Below, in pieces: positions 9,623-20,087 of a stretch of DNA of 64,000 nt. This DNA is from Trueperaceae bacterium (GTDB lineage Bacteria > Deinococcota > Deinococci > Deinococcales > Trueperaceae): the NCBI GenBank assembly GCA_965215565.1, contig CBDCDZ010000004.1, positions 384,001-448,000 of the forward strand, given 5' to 3'. The notes under the pieces are model-generated. The model was not told the DNA's origin and searched no databases. It worked only from the letters and a program-made list of their open reading frames with translations. Position 1 is the first letter of the stretch; every line of letters starts with the position of its first letter. A program made the position numbers and the translations under genes.

Positions 9623-9873
9623 CAAGAGCTAGCTCTTGCCCTCGGCCTTCGGTATCTTCAGCAACTTCCGATCGCTCTTTTACTTATCTAAACCACCGCT
9701 CTAAGAGCGGCGGTTTCACATGAAGAGAGTGCGGCTAAAGAAGAGACCAGCAGTGTTAAGTACTTCGACTTCAATAATCTAAACTATCTCGAGGAAGTTT
9801 TTGCGCTCAGAACGAACTTCGTTGACATTCTCTAGTTTAGGTTATTTCGACACACCTACTTAGAACAACAGTA

Positions 9874-10920
9874 CTAGGATAGTAACGTGAGCGCCACGTG
9901 CGCCCGCGTGGACAGCCCAAGCTTTTTTAAGGTGTGTTCGGTGTGGCGTCTTGCAGTATTGAAGCTCACACCTAAGTTCTCAGCTATCTGCTTGTCGGTA
10001 AGCCCTTTTGCCAGCAACAGCGCGACCTCAACTTGCCGGGGCGTGAGGGCGTAGCGCGTTTTTAGAGTGCCGGGGTCAGGTAGAGTACCTAGTTGACGCG
10101 ACACGCTGAGCAAGTAGCGAGGCTCTGCGGCTCCACCTTGCAAGGCGATCCTCAGTTCGTAAATGGCTAACCCTGTCGAGACGCGGCGGCGCGGCGTAAG
10201 CGGTTCCTCGCTCAGCGTTTTCACCGAACGCGCCGCCGCAGCCATGACCCGGCCAAAGCCTGTGTCGCTTTCGGCGAGCTGTGCGAATACCTCGTTTCGC
10301 CGCAGCTCTTTACCTTGCGTGTTCAATAGGGCGAGCGGTAAGGGAGCGGCGAGCGGGTCGGGTCCCGCACGCCAAGCGGCGTGCAGGTGCGCCCCTGCCC
10401 CAAACGCCGCCAGCACAAGGTCGATAAGTTGGTACCCCTGCTCGCCGTAAAGCCGAGCTGAGTCTTTTTCAAAGGCGCACAAGATGGATAGCTCCCCGGT
10501 GGGCGTAGCAACCGAGGGTCCTAGCAAGTAATTAAGTCCTGCGGGCACGAATACGTCTTGATAGGTGGGGGAGCGCTCGAGCTTCTCCCTGGCAAACGTG
10601 TCTATGAACACGGTAGGACCTCGCTCCAAGCGTGCCTGTACGAACGCTTGCAAGTGCGGGTCAGAATTGACACTGGGCTCACGTAGCTGCTTATAGCGCC
10701 CTCCTAAAGTGAGTAGCATCTCCTTATCGGTATCGTCGCTACTCAGCGCCGCGTCACCATTGACCTCAAAAAACACGGTGTGGTCCGCGCCCAGCAGGTC
10801 GCGCAGGGCGCGGTTACATGCTAAGTGGTACGACTCAGAATTTGCGAACTCCGGGCGCGACAAGAACACACGCTGCGCCCGGACGACCCGCTCGAGGTCG
10901 GCGCTACTCAGGTAAGGCAT
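9874..10920 (-). CDS. LuxR-type HTH transcriptional regulator
   Basis: C-terminal LTPRQVEVALLLAKGLTDKQIAENLGVSFNTARRH. Confidence 0.85.
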   Translation of the reverse strand: MPYLSSADLERVVRAQRVFLSRPEFANSESYHLACNRALRDLLGADHTVFFEVNGDAALSSDDTDKEMLLTLGGRYKQLREPSVNSDPHLQAFVQARLERGPTVFIDTFAREKLERSPTYQDVFVPAGLNYLLGPSVATPTGELSILCAFEKDSARLYGEQGYQLIDLVLAAFGAGAHLHAAWRAGPDPLAAPLPLALLNTQGKELRRNEVFAQLAESDTGFGRVMAAAARSVKTLSEEPLTPRRRVSTGLAIYELRIALQGGAAEPRYLLSVSRQLGTLPDPGTLKTRYALTPRQVEVALLLAKGLTDKQIAENLGVSFNTARRHTEHTLKKLGLSTRAHVALTLLS

Positions 10921-11139
10921 CTTCTCCCTAACTATCCAAAGATTTACTGTTTAAGTCTTTTTAGTGCAATTGCCCTATTGGTTTCGTAGTCTACCAAGTT
11001 TTAGGGTGGAGAAGTTGCCAAAACGTTTACGTCACCAAGGTAGTCAACGGGGATAGTGGACAGCTCACGCTGCCACCGCGAAGACCGATGGCTTTGGCAA
11101 CGTAACGTCATCTTTAGCGTCGCACTTTAAGGAGGCAGT

Positions 11140-12699
11140 ATGATTTTTTCTAAGCTAGCTCGCGGATACCTTCACACGCTCTGTCTATCTCTACTTTTCC
11201 TAACCGCTTGCAGCTCCGGCAGTCCCGACGAGCCCACGAACACTGCACCTAGCGTGAACGCAGGCGCTGACCAGACGGTGACGGTCGGCGCGATGGTCGA
11301 CCTAGCGGGCAACGCTACCGACGCCGAAGGCGACAATCTCACTTACACCTGGTCCTTCACCGACAAGCCGGACGGCAGCGACGCTGCATTTGACGATGAC
11401 GACAACGCAAACGCCCGCTTCACACCGGACGTTGTGGGGGAGTACGAGGTGAGGCTCAGCGTCTCCGACGGTAACTTGACCGGCAGCGACAGCTTGAGCG
11501 TGACAGCGACCGAAGCGGACGACCCCGGTAATCCCGGCAGCGCGGCCGACGGCTACGAGAATGCAGCTACCACGCTCACCAGCACGCCCAGCGCAGGCGA
11601 CTTTTTCGGCGACGCCGTAGCTATTTCAGGCGACACCGCGCTAGTCGGCGCACCTAGGGAGGAAAGCGTCGGGTTTGCCTACTTCTATACGCGCGGCGCG
11701 GACAGTAGCTGGGGACAGCCACAAAGGGTCAGCGCCAGCACCCCCAGCGGTCGCTTCGGCAGCGCTGTTTCCGTCTCCGGTGACACCGCATTCATAGCCG
11801 CACCCTTCAACGTTCCCGGAATTGAGGATGGTGGCTCAGTCTTCGTGTTCGAACGCAGCGGCGGCACCTGGAGCGAAGTCCAGAAACTCAAAGCGTCCGA
11901 CGTGGAAGAGGGCCAGTTCTTCGGCGATAGTGTGGCCGTGTCTGGTGACTATGCGTTTGTCGGTGCGCCCCGCGACGATGGTGCAGAACAAGATGAGGGC
12001 GCGGCTTACGTGTTCGAGCGCAGCGGCGGTAGCTGGGCGCAGGTTCAGAAGCTGACGCTTACAGGCACTGCTTTGTCGTTCGGTCGTGCGGTTGCTGTTT
12101 CGGGTACGCAAGCAGTCGTAAGCACCCAAAGGGAAGATCAGGGCGAGAGTATTCTCGAGGGCACTGCTTATGTCTATGAAAGAACAGACGGTAGCTGGAA
12201 CCAAACCGCTCAACTGATGCCCGCTACTCCAAAGCTGCTAGGGGAGTTTGGCGACTCGGTTGCCATAGACGGAAATACCATCGTCGTCGGTCAAGAAACG
12301 GATACCTCTGGCGCAGACGGTGACGGCGGTGCAGCCTATATATTTGTAAAAACGGCTGACACTTGGTCGCAGTCACAAAAGATTAAAGCGAACGACGCTG
12401 TTGAAGATGCGCAGTTCGGTAGCTCTGTAGCAGTTGCAGGGGACTATATCTTGGTCGGCGCACCCTACAACTCGGTCGCCGATTTTTGGGGTGCGGCTTA
12501 CCTGTTCCAGCGTGACGACTCAGGCTTCGCACAGACCAACAGGTATCAAGCAGTTACACCTGCTGACAACGACGGCTTCGGTTATGCTGTCGCCCTGGAC
12601 GCGGGCGGCGCTCTTATCGGCGCACCTTATAGCGACGACGGCGCAGGCGGCGATAACGCAGGCGCGGCTTACACGGTAGGGCGCAGCGCGGCACCTTGA
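11140..12699 (+). CDS. Lipoprotein with PKD/Ig domain and FG-GAP repeat beta-propeller
   Basis: Lipobox LTAC; NTAPSVNAGADQ; repeated FG.SVA.SGD...VGAP. Confidence 0.88.
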   Translation: MIFSKLARGYLHTLCLSLLFLTACSSGSPDEPTNTAPSVNAGADQTVTVGAMVDLAGNATDAEGDNLTYTWSFTDKPDGSDAAFDDDDNANARFTPDVVGEYEVRLSVSDGNLTGSDSLSVTATEADDPGNPGSAADGYENAATTLTSTPSAGDFFGDAVAISGDTALVGAPREESVGFAYFYTRGADSSWGQPQRVSASTPSGRFGSAVSVSGDTAFIAAPFNVPGIEDGGSVFVFERSGGTWSEVQKLKASDVEEGQFFGDSVAVSGDYAFVGAPRDDGAEQDEGAAYVFERSGGSWAQVQKLTLTGTALSFGRAVAVSGTQAVVSTQREDQGESILEGTAYVYERTDGSWNQTAQLMPATPKLLGEFGDSVAIDGNTIVVGQETDTSGADGDGGAAYIFVKTADTWSQSQKIKANDAVEDAQFGSSVAVAGDYILVGAPYNSVADFWGAAYLFQRDDSGFAQTNRYQAVTPADNDGFGYAVALDAGGALIGAPYSDDGAGGDNAGAAYTVGRSAAP

Positions 12700-12953
12700 G
12701 ATCTCTCGCAGATGCTCGAGCCACCCTTCACAGACAAGAGCCGTTGAGACGGAGTCTACGAGGTTAGGTCGCCGAAGCACGTTTGTCCTCAGGTATAAAC
12801 CTTCACTGGGACGCACCAGATTCTTCAGTGCGTCTTCAAATTATCTCTCTCGCTTGTACACTGACGCCAGCACGAGTGCACGGGCGTTAGAGAGTATCCC
12901 GGCAACTCTGTACCACTAAACGGTCTAAATAACATGTAAAGCGCGACAAGGGA

Positions 12954-13355
12954 TTGTCCGGCTTCGCCGTGAGCTATAGGGGTCCGCTGGGCGAGTTGCA
13001 CGACGTTAGCCCAGACGACGCGCGGGTCGGCGCTATAGAGGGATTCTTCGCGTCGTCCCAGAGTTCAGGTGAGCTTGGCCAGCGTGAAGAAGCCGTCCTC
13101 GCCCAGCTGACCAGGCTCTACGGCAGCCCGCCGCATGGCCACCTCGACTACTTCGACTATATGTGGTGGCGGGACGAACGGAGCAGCGCGCCTGCGGACC
13201 GCGCGGCACTTGCCCGACACCCTGTGTACGGTCACGCGGCGTTCCAAAAGTCCTATTGGGGAAACAAACTGCTCTTCGCGGGTGCCGAGACGGGCGTGCA
13301 ACAGGGCGGCGTGCTTTTAACCTGCGACTGCGCGGTCGGACCGGGGCCGATCTGA
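12954..13355 (+). pseudogene. Fragment of flavin amine-oxidase-like protein fused to an MBL-like scrap
   Basis: GPLGELHD and KLLFAGAET C-terminal motifs; tail GGVLLTCDCAVGPGP. Confidence 0.5.
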
Positions 13356-13391
13356 TGTCTGCCACAGAACGCTACGAGCGATACTTGAAGC

Positions 13392-14405
13392 TCAGTTGGA
13401 CGCCGTGGCAACCTCGAGCCACCCCTTCACCTCTTCCAAGGTCGTCTCCATCTTGAACTGCGGCGCAGCCCGCACGATGCCCTGCGGGTCGATAATCAGC
13501 GTGGCGGGTAGGACGCTCACGCCGTAGCGGTCGGTGATGAGCCCGGCGCGGTCTAAGAGGACGCTGGGCGAGGTCTCGAGCTGGTCCGTGAACTGCCGGA
13601 TGACGCCGGGGGCCTCGCGCCAGTTGATGGCGTAGACCTCCACGTCGCCACGCTCGGCGGCGGCGCGTGCGAGCATAGGCAGTTCTAATTGGCAGCTAAA
13701 ACACATCGTCGCCCAGAAGGTCAGCACGACGGTCTGGCCCCGCAGGTCGCTCAGAGTGACGCGCTCTTGGAGGTCTGTACCCATGACTGCTGCTTCGAAG
13801 TCCGGGGCAGGCTTGCCGATGAGGCCGGATAGGTCGCTCGAGGCCGCGATCTGCACCGTGTCCGTCTCGGTGGCGTCAGCTTGGAGCGCAAAGCTATCCA
13901 CAATTTCCGCGACCTCGTGAAGGTGCGCGGGACGGTCGGCAGCGTAGAGAAAGTGGTAGAGCGTGCCTCCAGCGAGAAGTACGGTGAGGCCGGTTTCGGG
14001 TGCGCCGCGGTAGGGGAAGCCGCGAGCGCTCAGTGCCGGGTAGCCGTTCACGGTGTGAGGCTTAATTTGCCCCTCCGCTATCGGCAGGCCGAGACCTTGA
14101 CGCAGCACCTCGTTCGCTTTCCCTTCAGGAGCAGGCGAACTCAGCACCTGTAACACCGGTCCCAGCACCTCGCCTCGCCGCCACGCCTCGAACATCACCT
14201 CGGTCTCGGCGACGTAGAGCTTATCGCCCTCGTCGGGCAAGGGCTGGTCGAAGCGGCGCGAGTCGTACCAACTCGAGGGCAGCGAGAGGAGGTAGTCCGC
14301 TGAGGCGGGCGCGACTACGCGAGTAGGTCCGTGTTCGTCGTGGGCGTGGGCGGTGAAAGCGAAGAAGAAAAGACATAGAATTGGCAAGCATTTCGTGTAC
14401 GTCAT
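13392..14405 (-). CDS. Secreted TlpA/redoxin family protein
   Basis: Signal peptide; GKPAPDF, FWATMCFSCQLELP (CxxC), LPATLIIDPQG. Confidence 0.85.
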   Translation of the reverse strand: MTYTKCLPILCLFFFAFTAHAHDEHGPTRVVAPASADYLLSLPSSWYDSRRFDQPLPDEGDKLYVAETEVMFEAWRRGEVLGPVLQVLSSPAPEGKANEVLRQGLGLPIAEGQIKPHTVNGYPALSARGFPYRGAPETGLTVLLAGGTLYHFLYAADRPAHLHEVAEIVDSFALQADATETDTVQIAASSDLSGLIGKPAPDFEAAVMGTDLQERVTLSDLRGQTVVLTFWATMCFSCQLELPMLARAAAERGDVEVYAINWREAPGVIRQFTDQLETSPSVLLDRAGLITDRYGVSVLPATLIIDPQGIVRAAPQFKMETTLEEVKGWLEVATASN

Positions 14406-14553
14406 AGGAAATTACCTCGAGATAAACATAGAAGAGATGTGCGGCGTAGGGGCGATTCATGAAGCGCCCCTACCGAGCGGTGCGGGCTATATGGGTGAGG
14501 GATTGTGCAGCGCAGGGACTGGTTTGAAATCCGCCCTTACGACACATGAAAAC

Positions 14554-16281
14554 CTAGCGGCTGGCGCTCGAGTCCGCCCACACATCGAAGACCTTCGTGC
14601 CCACAAACTCCTGACCGTAGGGGTCGGTCGCGCGCACCGTGATGGTGTGGACGCCCGGCTCTAGGTTGTCGGGCAGCGTGGCCGTGTAGATGTGATATGA
14701 CTTGCCCGCCGTCGTCAAGCGCCAGTCCATGTCCTGCGGCTGGAAACTGATGGCTAAGGGGTCGCGCTGGTCCTGGTTCCAGGTCATCTCCATTGTCTCG
14801 CCGCCGATGCTCATCTCGACTTGCGTGTCGCGGCTGCCCGCGTAGACGTTGGCGACGACGGTGACGTTATCTAGCTCGCCCGTCGTGATGATGCCCATGT
14901 CGCTGAGTGTCCCGCCATCTGCGCTGAAGCCGGTTTGCGGAAAGTCGAAGCTGATGTGCATGGCGTCGTCCGAGCCCGAGACCTTCCAATGTTCGCTGAA
15001 CTGGTTGCCCTCCACGTCGAAGACCATATAGCCTTTGGGCGCGCCGCAGCGCTGATAGCTCGTCGGGATGCCGAACTCGTCTTCGGTGCCGCTCCACCAC
15101 GAGCCGCAGACCGCACCCGCCACGAACTGCGGGAAGGGCACGGTGCCCCAACCGAAAGACTCGACCTCTTCGCCGTCGTCGTTCGTCACCATGCCGGGGT
15201 CGTACGTCTCGCCCTCGCGGAAGCGCTCGACGGTGTGGGAGTGCCCAGCCAGCGAAATCACGTTCTCGAAGCCGCCCTCTTCCAAGATGCGGTAGACCTC
15301 TTGGCGGTTCGTCTCCTGGTGCTTTTCGGCGTCGCGGTCCACGTAGTTCGTGAGCGCGATGTGCATCCCTAAGACGATGAGCTTATCGGGGTCCACAAAC
15401 TGAAGGTCGTTGCGGAACCACTCGAGCTGCTCGTCGCTGATGCGCCCGTTATAGGTTCCCTCGAAGCCCTCGTCCACGTTGTAGCGCACGTTATCAAAGA
15501 TGACGAAGTGCGTCTGTCCGTAGTCGAAGGAGTAGTACGGCGCGCCGAAGTAACGCTTGTAGGTTTCCAGGTGATATTGGTCGTCGGGCGAGTCGAAGTT
15601 GAGGTCGTGGTTGCCCGGTAGGTAGAAGATCGGAAACGGCAACCCGCCCATCACCTCTTGGTAGCGCGGGTAGAGGCCTAAGGGGTCGTTGACGAGGTCG
15701 CCCACCGCGACGCCGAAAAGGGCTTCGCTGCTGCCGAGTTCCGCGATGGCCGTGTCGCGCATCCAGGTCAGCTCTTCCTGGGTCGTGACCTGTGTGTCGC
15801 CGAGCACGACGAAGCGGAAGGCGTCAGGCTCGTCCACCTGCACGAGCGGAAAGTCCACGGATTCAGGCAGCGGGCCGGTCGGCTCTAAACCCCGGTACTC
15901 CTGGATGACTTCAGGCGAGCCCTCGGGTTGGTGGATGTGGAAAAACTGCGGGACCTTGTTGTCGTCTACTGGAACCATGTAGCCCTGCGGCTTGCTCACG
16001 GTAACGATCATACGTTCACGCATGGGCAACTCGTACGCGCCATCCTCGCCGGTCTGCACGACCTGGACGCCGTTCGAGACCGACACGCCCAAGACGCCCA
16101 TCTCATCCTTATCGCGCGCGCCGTTCTCGTTGGTGTCCTCGAAGACGACGCCCGCAAAGGTATCGCCGCCCGAGTTCATTGCGCCGCCTGTCACGTTGCC
16201 GCCCGTCACATCACCGCCTGTATCCTGGGCTGACGCGCCCCAGAAGAGCGCTAAACAGATGAGAACCCCTATTCGCCGCAT
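14554..16281 (-). CDS. Secreted calcineurin-like metallophosphoesterase
   Basis: GDTQ, GDLVND, PGNHD, GHSH, GAVCGSWW; GGAGG before ATG 16281. Confidence 0.9.
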   Translation of the reverse strand: MRRIGVLICLALFWGASAQDTGGDVTGGNVTGGAMNSGGDTFAGVVFEDTNENGARDKDEMGVLGVSVSNGVQVVQTGEDGAYELPMRERMIVTVSKPQGYMVPVDDNKVPQFFHIHQPEGSPEVIQEYRGLEPTGPLPESVDFPLVQVDEPDAFRFVVLGDTQVTTQEELTWMRDTAIAELGSSEALFGVAVGDLVNDPLGLYPRYQEVMGGLPFPIFYLPGNHDLNFDSPDDQYHLETYKRYFGAPYYSFDYGQTHFVIFDNVRYNVDEGFEGTYNGRISDEQLEWFRNDLQFVDPDKLIVLGMHIALTNYVDRDAEKHQETNRQEVYRILEEGGFENVISLAGHSHTVERFREGETYDPGMVTNDDGEEVESFGWGTVPFPQFVAGAVCGSWWSGTEDEFGIPTSYQRCGAPKGYMVFDVEGNQFSEHWKVSGSDDAMHISFDFPQTGFSADGGTLSDMGIITTGELDNVTVVANVYAGSRDTQVEMSIGGETMEMTWNQDQRDPLAISFQPQDMDWRLTTAGKSYHIYTATLPDNLEPGVHTITVRATDPYGQEFVGTKVFDVWADSSASR

Positions 16282-16822
16282 ATGATGACCTCCGCCGTGC
16301 TGAGTTTGGGTTGGCAGCGGCCTGCTCGAGATACAAGTAGAAGCACGAGACAATGTGAGCCACGCGAAACGGATGTCGGAGCGCGCAGAGGGTGACGTGA
16401 TGTTAGGAGAAGTCGCTGTAACCTGCTGTCAACTTAACGGAGAGGCTTCACAGTTTTGTCAGGTTGTGAGTGAAGAGGGTTAAAACTTTGGTGCAGCGTG
16501 GGCCGCTGAGCTGTGCGAGGGCAACGCTATTTGTTTTGATGAGATTGATCGGTTATTCATCAGGCGACGACCTGGGCAATCTCGAGCATGGAACGACCTC
16601 TTTGCGTCAGCGCTTGCGCGAGGACACTGAAAGCGGTCGCGGCGGCGAATGCGTGACACTTAACAGCAGCGAAGCCCTGGACGCGCACCTTTGCAAGGCC
16701 TAAAATCTCTTTACAGATGCTGAAGACGCGCCCGATGCCGAGCCGTTTCTTGAATAGAGCTTTTATCTCAAGGCGTCGCCTAGTTTGCTGGTTGAGCTGC
16801 CTGTGTGCTGCTTGTGCCTCAC

Positions 16823-18383
16823 GAGCTTATGTCAAATGTTGTGGATGCGAGTTCAAGCGGCACGTTCCTCTTTGATGCCGTCAATGAATCTGACATCGCG
16901 AATCACATCTTTGAGTAGTTCTGAGCCCTTGAGCCTGAGCCACCTCTTTTCGGCTGCCTGAGCGAGTTTGAATACGAGTGAAAGCATCGTATCGCGGGAG
17001 AGGTTGTTGCGCGTCTTAGCAGTTCTGAGCCTCACGGTGGCGAAGGTAGATTCAACGGGATTCGTGGTTCTAATGTGTGACCAGTGGCGGGCAGGGAAGT
17101 CATAGAAGGTGAGTAGCGCATCATGGTCCTTTTTTAGACACTCCGCCGCTTTGGGGTATTTCTCTCCGTAACTCTCGAGAAAGAGGTCGAAGGCCGTTTC
17201 AGCTTCATGTCGGCCGGCTTGCCGCCATATAGATGTTGTGCAGTGCACGCTTGGCTTTAGGCTGCTGACTTGTAGGCAAGGTGTTCAGAACGTTAGCCGT
17301 CTTATGCACCCAGCAACGTTGTGCTTGGGTCGTGCTGTAGACCTGAGCGAGCGCTTTCCAAAAGCCTAATGCACCGAACTAGGCCCAACGGGCCGGGCTT
17401 TGCCCGTTCTATATCCCCTACAGCGAGCTTGGGGTCGACTGTGAGCCCGCGAGCCTTGAGGTCTAACAAGACTTCTTTCCACGACTGCGTGCTCTCGCGG
17501 TAGCCGTCGGCAATAGCTAACAGCTCTTTTCTACCGTCTTCCGTTGCGCCGATGACGACCAGCACGCAATGTTTAGACTTTTCCATACGCATGTGGAAGT
17601 ACACCCCGTCTACCCGCAAGTAGACGTAACGCTGAGCCGACAAATCGCGCTTTCGCCAGCTCTCAAATTCTTGAGACCACACGCTTTTGAGGCGGCTGAC
17701 CGTCGAGGCTGAAAGTCCAGGCGCGTTACCGCCCAAGAGCGCCGAGAGCGCGTCGAAGAGCCATTAGCAGGGCGTAGGACGCCGTTATAACTGATATAGG
17801 TAGCGATTAGAAGATGATACCTCCTGCTGAGGGCTCCTTTTGAAAGTCGCCCGTAGAAACACCCTTGAGGTACAACCAGGGGATCAGTTCTTCTAAGCTG
17901 GCGCTCCGCCGCAGGTACTTGGGCAAGATGCCTGAGTGAAAGCGAATCTTCTCCGCCTTCGTACGGTCACGTACTTTCACCTGCACTGGACCGATGCCCG
18001 TTTGCACCTCCCGCTCGGGTAAGTAGCCATTATGTACCAGCCACAGGTTACGACTGAAAGCCGGACGCCGTTGGCGTTCACCTGTGCACGCCCCGGTTCA
18101 TCACGTAAGTCCTGATGCTGAGCGAGAAAGCTCTCTACCTCCGCTTCGATCGCCTGCGCCAAGAGCTTTCTTGCTCCCTGCCGCAGTACATCTGTGAGGG
18201 GGTCAGCTATCAGAGCTGGATTCTCTAAAGTCATTACGTTATCGTTTGCCAATAGGTTAGAGCACAGCTCAAAGGCTCTTAGCCTTCACCTGTGGCGTAT
18301 CATTCTTTCTTTTCCCACAATGATTTCAATCATCAGCGGTGATACGCCGCTTTACCTCCGTCCACAACTTTCAGCATAATCTC
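16823..18383 (-). mobile_element. IS256 family element, transposase pseudogene with four small insertions
   Basis: YLKGVSTGDF, DGVYF, IRTTNPVESTFATVRLRT; imperfect IRs GAGCTTATGTCAAATGTTGTGGA vs GAGATTATGCTGAAAGTTGTGGA. Confidence 0.88.
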
Positions 18384-18419
18384 CCTGGCGTACTGAACCG
18401 CGCGTCGTCGCGCTAAAGC

Positions 18420-20066
18420 TCAGTCCGCCACCTCGAAGACTTGAGAAGCTTCAGAGACCTGTCCATAAGGGTCGGTTGAGCGCACCGTCACGGTGTGGAC
18501 ACCAGGCTCCAGGTTGTCAGGCAGATCAGCCACCCAGATGTGCGACGAGGGGTTCGGCGTCGAAACCTCTTCGTCTGTACCCAGATAGCGCAGGTAGCGG
18601 TCCTCCATAAAGGGGTCGGCGCGCAGCGTGTGCTGCATAGGCTGAAAGTCGCCGTCATTTAGGCGAAACTCCACCTGATGGCGCTCACCGCCGTCGAAGA
18701 CGTTCACCACGAGCTGCGGTGCTTGCCAGGGGGCGACCTCGAACTGCTCGGGGCTGAGCTGGTTGCGTCCGCTCGCCTCCTGCTCCAGCATAATGCGCAT
18801 CTGATAGTCTTCGGGCTCGCCTGCTGCCTTGAAGCGCGTGCTGTAGTCGTCCCCTTCAAACGAGAGGATGTAGTAGCCGTTAGGATTACCGTCCTCCATC
18901 GTGGTGGCAGGTAGCCCATGCTCGTTCTTGGGTCCACCCCAACCGTCCCCTCTGACTTCCGCCAGAACTTGATGGTGGAGCGGCTCAGGGCCGTTCCAGC
19001 TGTGCTCCTGGCCTAAGTACATCTGCCAGCTGTTGCTGGTATCGTGACCCGCAAGGGTGTAGAGGCGCTCACGCCCCTCAAATACAGCGAGCAAGTCGGG
19101 TAAGTTGACCGTGACGAGGCGTTCAGTTCGGTCTACCGCGTCTGTGGTCAGGGGGATGTGGGTGGCGATGACGACGAGCTTGTCTTCGGGGACAAAGCTG
19201 AGGTCGTTTTCTAACCACGCGATCTGCTCCTGGGAGATAAACCCTCTGTAGCCGCCCTCCGCCGCACCCAAGTAGTCCACGTTGTCGAGCGCGACAAAGT
19301 GTACCTGGCCGTAGTCGAAGGAGTAGTAGGTCGGGCCAAAGATACGCTTAAACGTGTCCGTGGCGTGTTCATCGCTCAAAGCATCGAAGTTGACGTCGTG
19401 GTTGCCCGGTAAGTTCCACCAGGGGATGCCGATCTGCGAGACCAGATCGTTATGCCGCTCGTAAAGCGCGAGGTTGTCGTTCACCACGTCACCCACGGTG
19501 AGTCCGAAGAGGGCGCTCGAGCCGATCAGTTCGGCAATGACGTCGTCGCGCAGATAGCTCAGCTCTTCGTCGGTGGTCGTCTGCGTGTCGGCAAAGGCGA
19601 CCGCGTCAAAGCGGTCTTGCGCTTCGGTAGGAAGGAGCGGAAAGTCTACGGAGTCGGGTATGGCTCCCGTCGGCTCGATACCGCCGAATTCCAGCTCCGG
19701 CGAGCCTTCGGGGTAGTGCAGGTAGTAGAATTGAGGCAGCTGCGCCTCGTTGACAGGCACTTCATAGTCGTTGGGTTTGCTGACGAAGAGAATCATGTTA
19801 TCCCGAGCAGGAAGCTCGTAGCGCCCTTCACCGTCCGTTTGGACGACCTCCAAGCCGTTCGAGACCGCGACGCCTTCAACGCCGGGTTCGCCGCCATCTC
19901 GTTCACCGTTCTGATTCTGATCCTCGAAAACGACGCCCCGAGCGGTCGCTTCACTCGCGTCGCCCGTTGTGTCACCACCTGTAGCACCGCCCGTCGATTG
20001 AGCCTGAACGGTTGTGAGGGTTCCTAAGCTCAATATGCCTACGACGATCCACCTTGGTAAACGCAT
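18420..20066 (-). CDS. Secreted calcineurin-like metallophosphoesterase (paralog of 14554-16281)
   Basis: ADTQ, GDVVND, PGNHD, YYSFDYGQVHF. Confidence 0.9.
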   Translation of the reverse strand: MRLPRWIVVGILSLGTLTTVQAQSTGGATGGDTTGDASEATARGVVFEDQNQNGERDGGEPGVEGVAVSNGLEVVQTDGEGRYELPARDNMILFVSKPNDYEVPVNEAQLPQFYYLHYPEGSPELEFGGIEPTGAIPDSVDFPLLPTEAQDRFDAVAFADTQTTTDEELSYLRDDVIAELIGSSALFGLTVGDVVNDNLALYERHNDLVSQIGIPWWNLPGNHDVNFDALSDEHATDTFKRIFGPTYYSFDYGQVHFVALDNVDYLGAAEGGYRGFISQEQIAWLENDLSFVPEDKLVVIATHIPLTTDAVDRTERLVTVNLPDLLAVFEGRERLYTLAGHDTSNSWQMYLGQEHSWNGPEPLHHQVLAEVRGDGWGGPKNEHGLPATTMEDGNPNGYYILSFEGDDYSTRFKAAGEPEDYQMRIMLEQEASGRNQLSPEQFEVAPWQAPQLVVNVFDGGERHQVEFRLNDGDFQPMQHTLRADPFMEDRYLRYLGTDEEVSTPNPSSHIWVADLPDNLEPGVHTVTVRSTDPYGQVSEASQVFEVAD

Positions 20067-20087
20067 CTTGGTCTCCTTAGAATGAGG

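Noticed and set aside
17390..17406. CCGGGCTTTGCCCG resembles an AAV ITR arm
   Set aside because: Short GC hairpin in a bacterial IS; chance match with no other viral sequence.
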